Source: Pelagomonas calceolata | Lineage: Eukaryota | Assembly: GCA_918797485.1 (NCBI GenBank) | Contig: CAKKNE010000002.1 | Coordinates: 3,658,001 to 3,722,000, forward strand | DNA: 64,000 nucleotides | Direction of reading: 5' to 3' | Shown here: positions 36,101 through 50,500 of the stretch, one piece after another | Layout of the letters: every line of letters begins with the position of its first letter | Numbering within the stretch: the first letter of the stretch is position 1 | Notes under the pieces: generated by a model | Databases searched by the model: none | Seen by the model: the letters and a program-made list of their open reading frames with translations, nothing else | What the model was told of the DNA's origin: nothing | Position numbers and translations under genes: made by a program

Positions 36101-38371
36101 GCATCTTGTGCGCGACGAGGTGGCCAACTGGATCGCCTTTCTTCCCGCACATTCTGATGCTGATCGCTTCCTCCATGCTCATGTACTTGTGCGCCTGCTT
36201 GGAGTGGAGCTACTAGATGTTGCTGAGCTTGACGCTTATCTTGCGCGGAACATGGATGGAGGTCGGTCCCAACCTTGGCTTGACGTAGCGCTTAACTTTG
36301 TCGAGCTGAGTGTCGCAAAATACCATCTTGCAACATTTCCTGCCGACCTTCAGCGAATCGCGCGGGTTCTAGAAGTTGTCGCACGGCAACCACACCCACC
36401 ACCTGCCCTCAGGCGCCTTGTTGCTGCTCTGTCTGCAGACCAGCAGGGTCGTGCACACCAGCAGAAGTTGCAACAACAGCAGCAGAAGCTCGAAGAACCC
36501 AAGCAGCAATCAGCAACACAGCAGCAATTTCAGCATATCAACTCGGGGCTTGACGCTGGACTCAATGCGCTCAACATTACAGTGAGGAGAGCAATTTCGG
36601 GCACAAACGATGTGCAGAGCAATGTCGGGCATACCGTGAATGCGACTTGTGCTGCTCGGGAGTTGCGCCTGGCAAGTATAGTACCGGAGGACCCTGCTGG
36701 CGCTAGAGAACAAGTCACGGGGTTATTAGAGCAATGGATCCGCGTCTGGAATGAATCACCTGGGTCCGAGAAAGCCTACGCCCAATATCTGACATTGCTG
36801 CAACAACATGGTGTACCGAGAAACGAACAATCAACAGAGCGGTTCGTTCGCCTAGCCACAGTCATTTGCGTTGAGTCATGCGTCGAATCGCGAACAGCGG
36901 AGGAGGGTGCAAGCGCAGACAGCTTAGGTGTGCTTACCTATTCAGTTGTCGACGCCTATGCCAAGTTATTGATCTTATTAGTCAAGTATGCTATTCCTGA
37001 CTCAAGCCCCAGCACTGTATTAGCTGGCACACCGCAGCGCTTGGACCTGTTAAATCGCGTCCTCTTGACCTTGACACGCACTCTTGTGTCCAATTACGAC
37101 AAAACTGTGGAAATGGATAACTTTGACCAAAGACCCTACTTTCGTCTATTTCTAAACCTCCTTCAGGATTTAAATGTGCCAGATCCAGTTCTTGATTCAT
37201 CTAACCCACGTGTCTTGGCAGCATTTGCTACTGTGCTGCATGCGTTGCAGCCGGCAGTCACGCCTGGTTTTGCCTTCTCTTGGCTTGAGCTTGTCTCGCA
37301 TCGAATGTTCATGCCTAATCTTCTGCTCGCTAAGAATCAGAAGGGCTGGGCTTTGATGCACCGCTTACTTGTGGATCTATTTGTGTTTCTCGAACCCTAC
37401 CTTCGACAGGTTCAGCTCTCAGATGCGGCTCGACTCCTGTATAAGGGTGCGTTACGAGTCCTCTTGGTCTTACTGCACGATTTTCCGGAGTTTTTGAGTG
37501 ACTATCACTTCTCGTTCTGCGATGTCATTCCATCATCATGCATTCAACTTAGAAATCTTTTCTTGTCCGCGTTCCCTCGTTCAATGCGCTTGCCTGATCC
37601 CTTTACTCCAAATCTCAAAGTTGATCTGCTTCCTGAGATAAGTCAACCTCCTCGTATCCTATCAAATTGCGTCATCGCTCTGGAGGCCTGTGCCTTACGC
37701 GAGCCGCTGGACGAATACCTCCTGACACGCCACCCTATCTCCTTCCTCCTGGACCTCCCGAGGAAGCTCCTGGATGCAAATACAAACAATGATCATGTTA
37801 TAACCTCATATAATGTGCCCTTGGTAAATTCGCTTGTAGTCCATGTTGGCATGACTGCGATTTCCCAGCTCCATACTAAAAGTGGGAATCTGCAACAGCC
37901 GATCGCTCATAGTACACCTATGGATGTCTTCCAGCACCTCATGAACAACTTGGACTCCGAAGGAAGATACTTTCTCCTAAATGCAATTGCGAATCAGCTA
38001 AGATATCCAAACAATCATACACATTATTTTTCATGTGTCCTCTTATATCTTTTTGCTGAGGCGACTAGCGAATATATTCAAGAACAGGTTACGCGTGTGC
38101 TGCTCGAGCGACTGATAGTACATCGGCCGCACCCCTGGGGACTTCTTATCACTTTTATCGAACTCATAAAAAATCCTAGATACTCTTTTTGGTCTCATGG
38201 ATTTACTCACTGTGCAACAGAAATCGAACGAGTCTTTGAGTCTGTTGCTCGTTGTATCCCGCGTCGTGCTGCAACCCACATTCTTCAGAAATGACTCTCA
38301 TAGGTTCTTGCATGGGCCCCGGCCACGTATCAAACATTACAGGCGAATCAAAACTTGATCAGAGTCAGTGA
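33198..38371 (+). CDS. CNOT1: CCR4-NOT scaffold subunit NOT1; 5' end unresolved
   Basis: CAF1-binding MIF4G (FNNVS..NYLVVKRISTQPNFH, ERSLLKNLGSWLG), DUF3819 (AIREIIQPVVERSVTIA), and the NOT1 C-terminal domain (LLNAIANQLRYPNNHTHYFS, RLIVHRPHPWGLLITFIEL). A final short intron gives VARSCMGP..TGA at 38369-38371. Confidence 0.96.
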
Positions 38372-38773
38372 GTCTCTACTGGGCCCAGTCGCATGCGTCG
38401 GCCAATGACGCCAAACGCTAAATCGGACTCAACTATTACCTACTACTAAAAGCCTGAGCCTGAGGCCGGGTGACCTACCCATTGTATTTAGTACCCCTTG
38501 CCAGATGGGTAACTTCGCAACTGCGTCTCGCCGCGAAAGTGACCCCTTCCCCCCAACCCGGTCTCGGGGCGTACAAAGGGACTCTTCAAGGGCCGAAGTT
38601 TGGGACCCCGCAGCCAAAATCGCCCCTTAGGGGTGACCGTCACAACCCAGCCCGAAAATGGGAAAATAAACCTCTTGAATAGTACGTAAAATATACTATG
38701 ATTAAAAAAAAAACCTCTTGAATTAAACGAGTGGTGGAGACTAGGGCGGCCGTCGCTGCCATATCATGATGCA

Positions 38774-38990
38774 CACTGGCAAATGTAATTTTAATGCCGG
38801 GCCCTGGCCGCTCAAGACGGCTCACGCCGTGCACTGCCAGTCACGGTGCCAGTGCGGCCACTGGCAGTGGCAGCCTGAGGCTGAGTGGCACCGTCACGGT
38901 GACGGTGACTCACTCAGTGTCCAGGCTGTGGCAGGCTCAGGCTCAGGCTCAGCCTGAGGCTGGCAATAAATATGTGCAGTTCCACCGTGA
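38774..38990. repeat. Dense array of overlapping XY-C-rc(XY)-G-XY footprint words
   Basis: CACTGGCA, GTCACGGT, TGCCAGTG, AGCCTGAG, tandem CTCAGGCT and ACCGTGAC in near-continuous succession. Confidence 0.85.
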
Positions 38991-39203
38991 CGACCGGTAC
39001 TTGTAGGTATAGTTATTTATAGACCCGTAACTTTAACGTATGAGTTACGGCGTTACGGCGTTACAAGAAAAAATAAGATCCAGGAAGTCCAGGAAGTAGA
39101 TAAGAACCAGCCCTTTATTTTAAGTCACTGGGTGAATACTTAGAAGCCTGGTCTTCTACACTGTATCGGTAGAATCCCAGAGAGGCTTTTAGCTAACTAT
39201 TGG

Positions 39204-40352
39204 ATGGCGTCTGACCCTGCCATCTCAATCGGGAACTACAAGGGTGTGATGCTATGCAACAGGCCCTTTGTTGGCGCCGTGAGCCAATCCAAGAAGGGGG
39301 GCGCGCCGGCAAAGCAAGCGTTCGTTTGCGGGAAGGTTGACAATAAGCTCGGAGCGACCATACCTATTTCCAAAGGGAAAATCGCAAAAATCAACCAGCG
39401 CTCTAGAAAGGAAACAGCACTTCAACGGCATAGGAAGCTGACTGCAGCGCCTATGACACGACCTTGTGCTTATTATTTCTATTAGGTGGTTAGCAGAGTT
39501 GCAAGCAACTAAGGATCAGCTGGAAATGCAATATTTAAAGGTGTGTCTGGCGGATTATAGCTGACTCAATTGCTTATGATAAGTTCTTAGGACATTCAGA
39601 AAAAAGAGACAAAGCACAAAAAATTCATGGACCGCGAAGCTAAAATGCGTGAGGTAGTTCGTAAGGTAAGGGATGACAGGACCTATGGGTGCGCCGATCT
39701 GGACTCTCAAGAAAAATATGACAAAAATCAAGTAAATGACAACGTTGTAATGGAAGTTGAACTATCCCCGGAGGCATCATCAGGCGCTGCAGGAGATTCG
39801 TCACGACCCATGTGGGCGCTGACAGAAGACCAGGCAAAAGAATTTGCTGGGGGTATTGAAACTGCAGAGGCAGATGACCTTCTCAGTTTTGCAAACAGTC
39901 TAGACTTCGATAAATATATTAATGATACTGAAATTTCAGCACTGGTACAAAATGTCCGCTCTCGTATTTGTGAGCTCGAAGCATATCAGGACTCTGTTTT
40001 GAAACGCCCGATCGACACGTCTTTAAGTTGTAAAACTTCATCAGCGATGAAACCCATTTCAGATGATCTGGATGTCCTCTCTGGAGAGCCAGCTGAGTGC
40101 TCAGACAACACTATGTCCCTAGTGAAGTCAGTTCTCGCATCAGAAGCAGGCAAGTCGGTTGGCGCTATTCATTCACAAAAGTCGCTGATTGCAGTTACAG
40201 AGAAATCGAAGAGCACAATGAAGGAGAACAAACAAGGTTGGGCAGTACCTCTTCCACTAGTTGTGAACCATCCTAATGATGCAACAGGCACCATAGAAGG
40301 AAAAAATTCGGCATCAAACCTACCATATATGCATCGCAATCCAGCAATCTGA
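39204..40352 (+). CDS. Conserved hypothetical protein, 3 exons
   Basis: IGNYKGVMLCNRPF..ALQRHRK|WLAELQ..YLK|DIQKK..RPMWALTE..DDLLSFANSLDFDKYIND..NLPYMHRNPAI. Introns 39437-39485 (GC-AG) and 39541-39590 (GT-AG) restore one frame. Confidence 0.8.
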
Positions 40353-40649
40353 TAAATACAACTTGGTGCAACTGGGATTTTTTAAAATCGCCCAGTAGCC
40401 GTCACTTGGCAGTGAAGGCGCTGGGCACTCGGATCTTGGCGCTGGGCAAGACTCGCCAAAAGATAATGACGCCGAGTTTGTGCTATATGCCACTGGAGAC
40501 CCCGGAGTCGTCGAGATAGCCTGAGCCCCACTGGCATTGACGTGTACTGCCTCTAATGTCGTGTCGGTGCCGTGCAACATCTCGCACGCGACAGCTCAGG
40601 CTGATAAGGACGGTTCTCATTGAATCTACCCACTTAATAACTTGAACAC

Positions 40650-40890
40650 ATGCGATGCATAGGGAAATAGAATGTGTAGCTCCGGACTTTCCCGGCAGCG
40701 TAGTGTAGTCGTCTAACGAAATAGTTTCTCCCATGTTTGATGGGGTTTGTGACGGGGAATTGCGTCCGTCAATAAAAGTGACTCAGGATGATAATAGTTA
40801 GGAGTGAGAGGCGACTTCCCCCTACTAAGGGGATATCGGAGTACCCTAGGATGGGAAGTAGCCTAGGCGAGTAATACAAGTACGGGTTGT
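40650..40890 (-). repeat. Dispersed repeat family B, inverted copy of 57086-57341
   Basis: About 240-bp near-identical reverse complement. Confidence 0.9.
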
Positions 40891-41534
40891 AGTGTGGCCA
40901 ACCATATTGCGACCCTCCTCTTTCGTGTTTTCGGCTGGTGATTTAGTCTCCTGAGGGTCCTTAGGTACCTGTTCCGTGGAGCTGATGCGCAAACGAGATC
41001 ATCTAGCTTGATGGGGTGTCAAAAATATCGCCCGGCGCCGCACAAAACGCCACTGACGGGGCAGTCCGGGGCCCCTAAAATCCCCTTGTGTCGAAAGGTG
41101 GGAGTAGACGTAAGTAAGGAACCTTAGTTCATAAAAATCCGAGGGTGGGCTATGTATTTAACGCGCTATGCCAGTGCCTGTCAAAATCTGGCGTTCCCCC
41201 CACTTGCAGGCCCCATGTCCTCCTAGGCCATTTCAAATTTGGCGCAAAGGCCCTAATCCCATTAAAGTTTACACCTTATGACGCAAAGGTCCACACTTGC
41301 CGCTTAGCCGCGGGGACTCGGAAGCGAAGCGGCAAGATGCGGGCCTTCGCATCCTCTGTCCTAGGTGGATTTGTAAATTTATTATTCAAATTCGCAGGCT
41401 TCAAAAATTTCGAGGGCTGGGCCAAAAACATGATCTATTATGATTGGGGCCTGCGGTGAGTATTCCCCGGAATGTTTTCCCATTGGCCCAGTCCAGAGTC
41501 TCGAATTTGCGAGTATGCTTACATTGGCTTGTAT

Positions 41535-44500
41535 CTATAGCCAAGGTTCCCAGTTTGGTGCGTTGATAGCTATACAGTCTGGCGATTGAGCTAGATGAAT
41601 TAGTTTTGTTAGGCCACTTTCAATCTGAAGGCCACTGGGTGAAAACTTCAAGGGTGGTGCTATCGTCAACACACGGTCGATGATCGCCCTCTTTTCTTCG
41701 AAAATTTTCGTTAAGCACCCCTGTGACCTCGCATGATTATTACCGTCGATTTCGGCGCCCACAAAGAGGCAAATATATGGTTCTAGGAGCCCGCCTGGTT
41801 CTAAAGTATATCGCATGGCAAGCAGGATGGTTCCGATTGTTGTCTTGAAAATGCTGTGCAAAAGGAAAGGTTGTAGTAAACGCTCCATGTTCCGTGTCAG
41901 ACGGAATGGTACAGATCCGGAGGACGGTAGAGATCCGGAGGACGCAGACCGACTAAACGAAAAGGCTGGTCTGAAATCATTGAAATGGACACGCCCAGTG
42001 TGATGGCAGAGCATTGTTTCCTGTGTTCCGCCAGGACCAATAGCCAGAACAAATCCAAGGATGGAGGGAATCGCAAGTTGAGTAGCAAATGTTCGACGAT
42101 AAGTCCATAAACCCTCGAAGCCATCATGAGTAGCACGAACATACGTAGCAAGTACATGCATTGGCACTTTGCCGGCGCAAACTTTGTTATAGATTGCCCG
42201 ACGTGCATCCTGAAGAGACGCACAAGTACGCTTTCTCAAAGACAATGTTGTAGAGAGTAGAGCCTGTGTGTGAATTTGAGCAAAGGAAGCTAGACCGTTT
42301 TTTTCTTGACCGAGGGCAGAGCTCCTTGACTCGGCAATTTCACAGAGACTTGTCCAAGACCACCTATCTTCCATCATTGTAAAGTTTGGTCCAAATCTAA
42401 TATGCGCAAAAGGTAACACTCGCAAGCGACGTTGTTGTGCAGCTTTGCACCGAACGAGTGCAAAGTCGATGACACCAAGATATTGGCTTACTCTTTCATC
42501 TGCCTGTGCATTTCTACAGCGAGTAAAAGAAGATGCGAACACCTGAACCTGTCCTTCGTCGGAAGAAAATGCAAAGTGCTGTCCTGACTTTCCACTCTTT
42601 ACTCTGAGACAGGCAGGGGGATCGATCTGTATCAACGGTAGATGCAACTCCGGCCGAAACAGGCCAAAGGTACTAGTGTATTGACCAGGAACCTCAAGAA
42701 AGCAACCTTTAGTACCTGGCCGAGTTTCAATGGTGCGTTTTCGCTCACTCTGTAGACGAGACAGTGTAGAATATGGATATTTGCAGCTCCTGGTTGACAC
42801 AACCTCAATAGTTCGATTTGCTAGGATTCGAGTCAAAGTGTCGAGATTACTTGTGAGGGATAAGTGATATGATGGAGATCGCCCATTTCTGACTGGGGTA
42901 GGAGTTTCCACCCATATGCTGTTCAAATCTAGCGACTGTAGACGTCCGCAACCAACATACCTCAAACTGACCTTGTGCAGAAGCACGTACAATATATTAG
43001 ATTCTCGATCCCGAGCACTGTCACACAGTTCTCCAGAAACACAACGCAACAGATGAAGCAGCTCTTCGCTCGGACCGGGTCTTGCGGTCAAAACCATCTC
43101 ATCACCCAGTGTATCCATTTTTGTTGCAAGCACTGAATCATTTGAGTAGATGCTGGAGATAAGTTTATTTCCTTGTGTATGCGTTACAGCGCAGGACTGG
43201 TCCTGTGTTGTCTCAGATTTTAAGGCATAGAATATTGCCTGAGGTGTCGAACTGGCAAGTGAGCATACGGCAGTTATTACTTCAGGTAGAGCAAGCATTG
43301 ATAGGAGCTGTGGAATCCAAGGAATCATTGCACCTGTGGGTACCACCTTCGAATGAATATGAAACAGGCGACGGAGTTCGTCAGATTGTTTGCTATGCTG
43401 CAACAAACACAGAATACGGGCCAGTCCGCACACTGATGCATCTTGATGGCCACATTCAATTGCCGCGAGATAGCAGAGGAAAGAGTTTTTGACAAGCCGA
43501 TTTAACAACACTGAAGATAAAGCTGCTTCGGTCGAGCAATTTACATCACACAACACAGCCCAGGAGTACCAGGCACGCCCGTAGTTGCTGCAGCCTCGAG
43601 TAGCAACAGAAAATGCGCAATGCGCATCCCTAAACCTTCCTAACATCCCCAGGAACACTCCCTTAAGCCTGAACAGTTCAGCGCGCTGCTCTGTGCTAAA
43701 TACCTCAATCACCATATTGTCGATGAAATTAAGGCCAGCTTGAGTGCTTCGAAACATACGATCATCAGCATTGCAAAACGACAAAAGTCGTTCCCGAACA
43801 TTGTGGAATGCATTATCGATATTCATCTGAATATCATTCAAATCCTTATTGCCATACTGTGCCTCCTCCCGTAGCCCCTGTTTTCTCGCGACGCGAGCCA
43901 GTGTAACCAATGTCCATGGTGCATCATGAAGTCGGAGAATCTTGTTGGCTGCACCCCACGCGAAAGCCTTCTCTATCGACAAGAAAATATGCTCACGCCA
44001 TCGCATTATGTCATCCCAGCCGGACATGCTGTCCCAGGTGTTTGGCAGTCGGTTTCGCCATGTATGTGTCATGGTACTGAGATCAGGATATGTAAAGGCA
44101 CGAGAGTGTTGCGATGCCTCGTGGAGTAGTTGGCTGCTTTCGTGGACTTCAATAAGCTCATGAAATAGATGTAGTAGTTGATCATGTACAGCTACTCCCA
44201 AATGCGGTCTGGGTAAGCTGCTCCATGATTCCAATGCGAGTTGGATACATTCCCCACAGAGGTCTTCGACGTCAGAATAAAGCCCTTCAACCACTGCCAA
44301 TCGTGCTTGTAACAGCTTGACCTGAGGTGTTAGTTGCTCTGGTTGTTTGCTCCCATTCAGATGCTTCCGAACATAGTCCCATTTGTGTGATTTCCAGGAT
44401 GCTTCAAGACACAAAGTTGGTCTCAGCAACCCTGAAGGGAGAGAAGCAGGGGTATATTTAAACAAATCTGACAAGAGCAGCCACTGAGACATATCGCGAG

Positions 44501-47500
44501 CACATGCTAGCCACTCTGCGCACCACACGTCAGCCTCAAAGATGCAGGATGAAAGCGGTTTCACACCGGTGGCATCATGGTGGGTCTGGCGAAGAGCTGA
44601 CACCATATTACTAAGAAAGATATGTTGAGCTTGAGGAATAAAGCCGTATCGCCGAAGCGAAAATGCGATGGAGGACATGGGGTTGGTGCAACCGTCGGCT
44701 AAAGCACCCACCTTCATATCAGTTTCCTGCAAACTACTAAACAATGATGCGCAGTGCAATTCCGGTAACCTAGAAACATGCTGCGGTGTCAAATTTTGCC
44801 GCATCACAAAAACCTCTTCAATGATGTGTAAGACTGCGTGATAGGAATTATGTCTAGCAGCAGCAGACGACAGCATCCTCACAAGGACCTGGGCCTTCTG
44901 TTTGCCAGCCAAGCATCCTGGCAGGGGGAACTTGCATCCCTGAATCAAAATCCGCGGCACACTTGTTGTGGTAAATACTGTGTCTGTAAAACTCAGGGGA
45001 AACCCGATAGAGGAGGGCACTGCAACCCGTGTCTTCGAGAAAGAGGCGCTTGGCCGAAATCGTGCGTCGTTGCTGGTTGCATATACTTGACTAAGTGGGA
45101 ACATAGCAGGGACTTGTAGCTTCGGATGAGAATGCGATGACGCGAAGTGCGTAAAAATTGAATTTGTCAGCGCAATTTGCCACTGTCGCTGATGACATTG
45201 TTTAACACTGCAGCAAACGTGAGGTAACATGTCAATCCAAAACCTCTCTGCCAGTCCAACATGCGCGTGGACCACCTCCTTAAGAGGTTCGATAAAATTC
45301 TTAAGTGTTCCACATTGTTGTAAAAAGCAACATCGCGCAGTAGTGTATTGCCTTTGAAGGTTTATATCGAGACAAATAAGTGTCTCTAATGACCTGGGTA
45401 AGAATAATTCGCTAAACAACGAAGGTGCCTGCGCAAATTGAGTCGTGAGCCTGACCGGCCCATCCGCATCTATGCCATCTAGGATTACCTCAATGAGAAT
45501 CACGAGCCAAAAACGATTAGAAAGGGGAGACCAATCAAGATCGAACATTTTAATGACATGATGACTGGCACACTTTATGACATCATGCATGAGGAGACCA
45601 CGGAAGGTCGCACGGACTCCTGGATGTACCGCCAATAGACCCACGGTGCTTGACCCTTTACCTGGCCCCCGCCCCACAGAAAGCCTTTTAGTCTGCGTGC
45701 CCGACAACCCGATTCCTTGGCAAAAAGTGCCCTTAGAAATTTGGTTAAGTGTGCATAGAAAACGAGCGTGCAAAGGTTGCAATGCCGCATCTGTCAGATT
45801 GTCAATGTCCAACATGTGTTCGATAAACGCAGTTTTTTCTTTCCTGGAGAGGGGTGATTTGACCTTGACGAGCCAACCAGACACTAATTTGGAAACCTTG
45901 CGCACGAGTAGTGTTGAGTTGCTTCGTTCCAGACAAACAAACACAAGAACGATAAGCTCACGACGCATTCCTAGTAAAAGACTATCGGTCACTGCTTGCG
46001 CAAGAAGCGAAAAAATGATAAGAATTGCATCTATCACACCCAGTGAAAGACTAAAATCACCGGTGATTTCTGGTTCTCCTGCGCAGTGCCCATATGTTGA
46101 TTTAATGGTTTTTGTCAGGACGGATAATGTCGGCGTTGCGTGGCAGGAATTTGATTGCGAGGGGGGGTTCTTGCGGATTGAATTTAAGTGCTGGAAAATA
46201 AGAATCTGACCCACTCTCAGGAGTTGATGCCCATGATTTAGTATATACGCAGGTGCAGACTTACATGCAGCATCAATAATCTTAATGATAGGTAGTACGT
46301 AGGCTACCAATTTGAAGCTTGAAGCGCTCGCCCAGTCCCCGTGTCTATTTGACGTACCATGATTTTCCATTGCAGTAATTAGTCGAGATTCAATTACATA
46401 TTTGACACGCTGATAAAACATCATTGTAGAATTACAGGACTTTATAGGGGGGTACAACACTACTATTCTGGACAAAAGTCCTTGCAGCTTCAACTGAACT
46501 TCTGTGCTCCGCACGTAAAAAAAACAAGGGCAAATCAACAGCTGGGCTTTTAAAACATTGTCAATGAAAAAAGTGTTAGGCCGGGTGTTCCTGCCCAAGG
46601 TGATGTGCATGATCTCTAGGCAAGTTAATAGGAGCGCGGATGAATATGGCGGATCTGTTGCCGTTGTTACGTCCAAACGTGCATTGGAAGTAGCAATGAT
46701 TTTCTCGAAATAAGAGAATCGAATATGGGCATTTGGCCAAGCACGTAACGTGGTATCGAACAGCAGCAGGCAGCGTGGTGCTAGTTGCTGCACAGCAGGT
46801 TCTTTATTGTCGGAGGCAAAAAGAGCCAACCGGACAAGGAAATTAGCTACCATTTCGATCATCGTCATAGTCAAATGAAAGTCGTCGTCAATTTGCGATT
46901 GTTTTGATGAGCCCACAATAGGCTTTAGATTTTTCTCCGCAGTAGTTGCACGTGCCTCCTTGTGACCAATCTTAGACTCCCAATTCATAATCAAATCAGC
47001 CAGGGCAACCGCCAATTGTCGGTTTTCTACTGGACAATTAGGTGGTAGACCCAAGCGATTCAATGAATTTACCATTTGAGGCATGAACTGTGACCGATAA
47101 GGGAAAAATAGTCCAGGGTGGCGAACAACGAGTTGCCACATGTGAACAAGCTGAGCTAGTGCATGTCCTTCCTCATACATGATTTTCTTGGTCCACTTAA
47201 CTGCCTTAACAAAATCGTTGATGGGAAGTCGTTTTGGCAGAGCTGGTATCAATATATCAAGAGCAACCTTGACTAATTCACGTGCCTCAGGTTGAAATGT
47301 TCGCAGCAAAGCTACGTAGACCTACAGGAGCACTGGTAGGCAGATGAAGTAAATGTAGAGTGATAACCTGGAGTATGATTTTTGGGGGCGTCTCATATGT
47401 GGCGACAAATCGACACACATTAACATAAGCCCATTGCTTTGACAGCGAATCATCAGATTTGAGATGATTCCATGCAAACTTGATCAGATCTTTCCTGTGT

Positions 47501-50500
47501 TCCACTAATTCTGGGCCGAGATGCTCGATTAATACTGTTGTTAGTTTGAGTAACTCGACGCGAAGAGCCTCACTATACCGTTGCGTCTTGCAATTTGTAT
47601 TGTCAAGCGCACAGCGCATGAATAGAGTGATCGTCCCCGAATCCACAATGCTAGTTTTCTCAAGTAAAATATCAGTTTTCTTTGAAGCCAAGTTTCTGCC
47701 TTCAAAGGTTGATACCAGCATTGGAGTCACAATTAGACGCAATGCCATCACTTTTAACTCCATCATAGTACCCTGATCTGCAAGAACTCGAAGGAAATAT
47801 AGCATAATGCTTCTTTTGTGATTTGGCCTCCAGGTGAGCGCTACTTCTCTGGAATAAAAGTCCTTCAGAAAGGTAAAGTCAATGGGGCTGGGCAATATAA
47901 AAACAGAGAGCATGTCGAACAAGACATGTATTTTTGCAGAATGTGAACGACAGTAACCAATCAGGCCTTGGATAATCAAGAACGTTTCTTTGTGATTGCG
48001 CAATATCTCTGCATTTAAAACCTGCTTGTGGCCTTTCAAGGATCTACCCTCACTGGCACAAATCTTTTCGTAGGATTTTTCACTCATCCAAGGTGGCCGA
48101 GTTCGCCAGATCGAAACAAGAATTTTTCCGAGGATACTATGGCGCGTAAAGATGCAAGGATCCAACTGATACAAAGTGGTTATCACTAGTAGCCCATGGA
48201 ATTGCGCCTTGTTAGTAATTGTGGACGACGAAACATCCTTCGTTCGAGCAAGGTCTGCCCACGAACTATCTTGCAGCAGTGTTGACAGACCGGCAAAAGA
48301 CAGCGCATCAGAATTATGTGACTGGCAGAAACGACTCTTCGTCGTGCATGATCGGAATCCTTGTTGATCTTGAGAGTATCTCCTGAAATGCTTGCGAGCA
48401 AAGCACCCATCTGCAATACGTGCCATATGGTTTTTAAACGCAGCATTTAACAAGTATTTCATTCCTTCTGAGCTTAAAATTCGGGCTTTTAAATCACCTG
48501 CTTCTCGAATATGCAGTAAGCCGCGTAAGAGTGATACACAATGAGGGTCTGTAAGAGTATGAAAGCTAAGGAAATATTGTGTTGCTGTCGAAGCATGTGA
48601 TGACAGCAATTGCGCAAGCGGAGCGCGGAAAGGCGAAAATCCAAGCCTAACAACACCAGCTAGGGAAGAGAAATATGCAGCGCGCCAAGACAAAAAATGC
48701 CTTACGTTCCCAGTCACATCAAGTTGCAAATAAGCCCGGAAGTATGTTGGAATGAGAGCTTCAAGTCTCAGGACGACCACGACCACCGATGTCAGCATGG
48801 GCAGAATACCGACCTCCTGTGGTTGGTGACAGCTGATGCGCGTTATCAACATTATACATTTTGCTGCAAGCTCCAGGGGATGAGTGCTAGCCCATGATCG
48901 GATGGCGAACATCTTCTCTGGACGGCAAAAGTCCTCCAATAGGCTTAGTAAAGAAGAGGTGAGCACGCCCCTACTCATCTTGTGGGCAGCTGGCAACGAC
49001 AATAGCTTGTTGAGCTTATTCAAGTACCAGAGGCTAATTCTCGTCAAGCTCAATGGCACCTGAACTATAAACGTATTCATATGTCTGTCACACGTTTCTG
49101 CATGAGATTTGCCAAGTGCAAGTGTTTCTTGAAGTAAGGAAACAGAGGCGTGTACAATCATATTCACCGAGGTATTTGTCATTGAGATGAGTGCCACTTC
49201 GATTATTTTGCGTTGTCGATTAGGTGGGATGTTTTCATGCATGAATTTGTTGTAATCGTTGCCGACATCTTGGCTTCGACTGCTATCCTTTACTGCACCC
49301 GATGCTATTCGTTTAGCTGCTCTAACCATACTATGAATTGCCCTTAAAGCGGCTGCCTGTAAACGATCAGGATGGGTCAGTGAAGAAGACGTGTTATGGT
49401 ACAATAAGCAAGAGCTGAATGCAGAACAAAACCGCGCGGAGTGTGATGTCCATCCAAAATGACCGTGATTTTCATCTGCATACTTGGAGGTACAGTCCAA
49501 TGTGCAGCAATGCGTTTGAATACATTGTAGCAAACAATCTTGCAGCTCGATGCTGGGCAGAATTGGACAAGGTTCCAAAGACATGATGTAGTTCAGAGCA
49601 TCAAGAGCACCTACAGCGCTATGAGTCCGTATCTCCGGGTTGAGGTGACAAGTCATTAAAATGTGCGTCAGCTTGGGAGCAATCGGCTTCATAAAGTTGG
49701 ACGACATAAGGGGCAGCCCTGCTAATCTGTTGAGCTCAAAGAGTCCACTTTGAGCCCCCAGACGCACAGCTGGATCAAAACATGTTATTTCGCGAGCGAG
49801 AACGTGCACTAGGAGATGAATCTCGTTGGTGGCTGCACAGGCAGTTTGTAATAGCACGTGAAGCGCTTGCGCAATACCACCTTGACTCAACAGTGTTATA
49901 CCAAAATCATCAAGTGCAAGGGAGCTCAGCAGAGAACCTGCAAGCATGTGCTTGTTGGGACGTGCCCACGCATGCCCAAATGTGGTGAGAAGCTGATACA
50001 ATATCTGAGAAATATTTCTGCGAGATGGCAGATCCCACTCACGAAGCGAAAGACAGATACGCGAAATAAGATCAGTGATGAGTTGCGAGCTAGGCTTAGA
50101 AACTGCCCTGGGCGTTCGTAACTCAAGGAAGTACACGCAACCCATGTGGTATTTCAGAGCACCAAGAGCTGCATTTGCAACCCTGAAGCAACGGTCTGTC
50201 GCGGCTTCAAGCAGGGCTGATGTAAAGGTGCACATTGACTGTTTTTCAACTGGCAAAAGATATTTGCGCTTCCTTCTTCCGTTCGAGGGGATAGTTTTTT
50301 TTTTCTCTGCAGCTTCGCAGTGAGTGCTATCTCCTGCGCTTCGTACGATTGCTGTCTCCGTCGCCTCCCTTCCACAATCGTACGAAGAATGCAATAAGAG
50401 CGCAAATATGAAGCTAAGGGATTGTAGCAAGGGAGTCCCCTCTAGTTCTAGCTTGGGATGTGCTGCAGCACAAAGAATCAAGTATATTAAGCGACACAAT

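Noticed and set aside
38766..39006. Scar arrays as CRISPR, telomere or satellite repeats
   Set aside because: No constant repeat-spacer period or single unit; words vary and occur in both orientations.
47287..47367. TRRAP as a split or frameshifted gene
   Set aside because: A canonical 46-nt GT-AG intron (47322-47367) joins the two long ORFs in frame.
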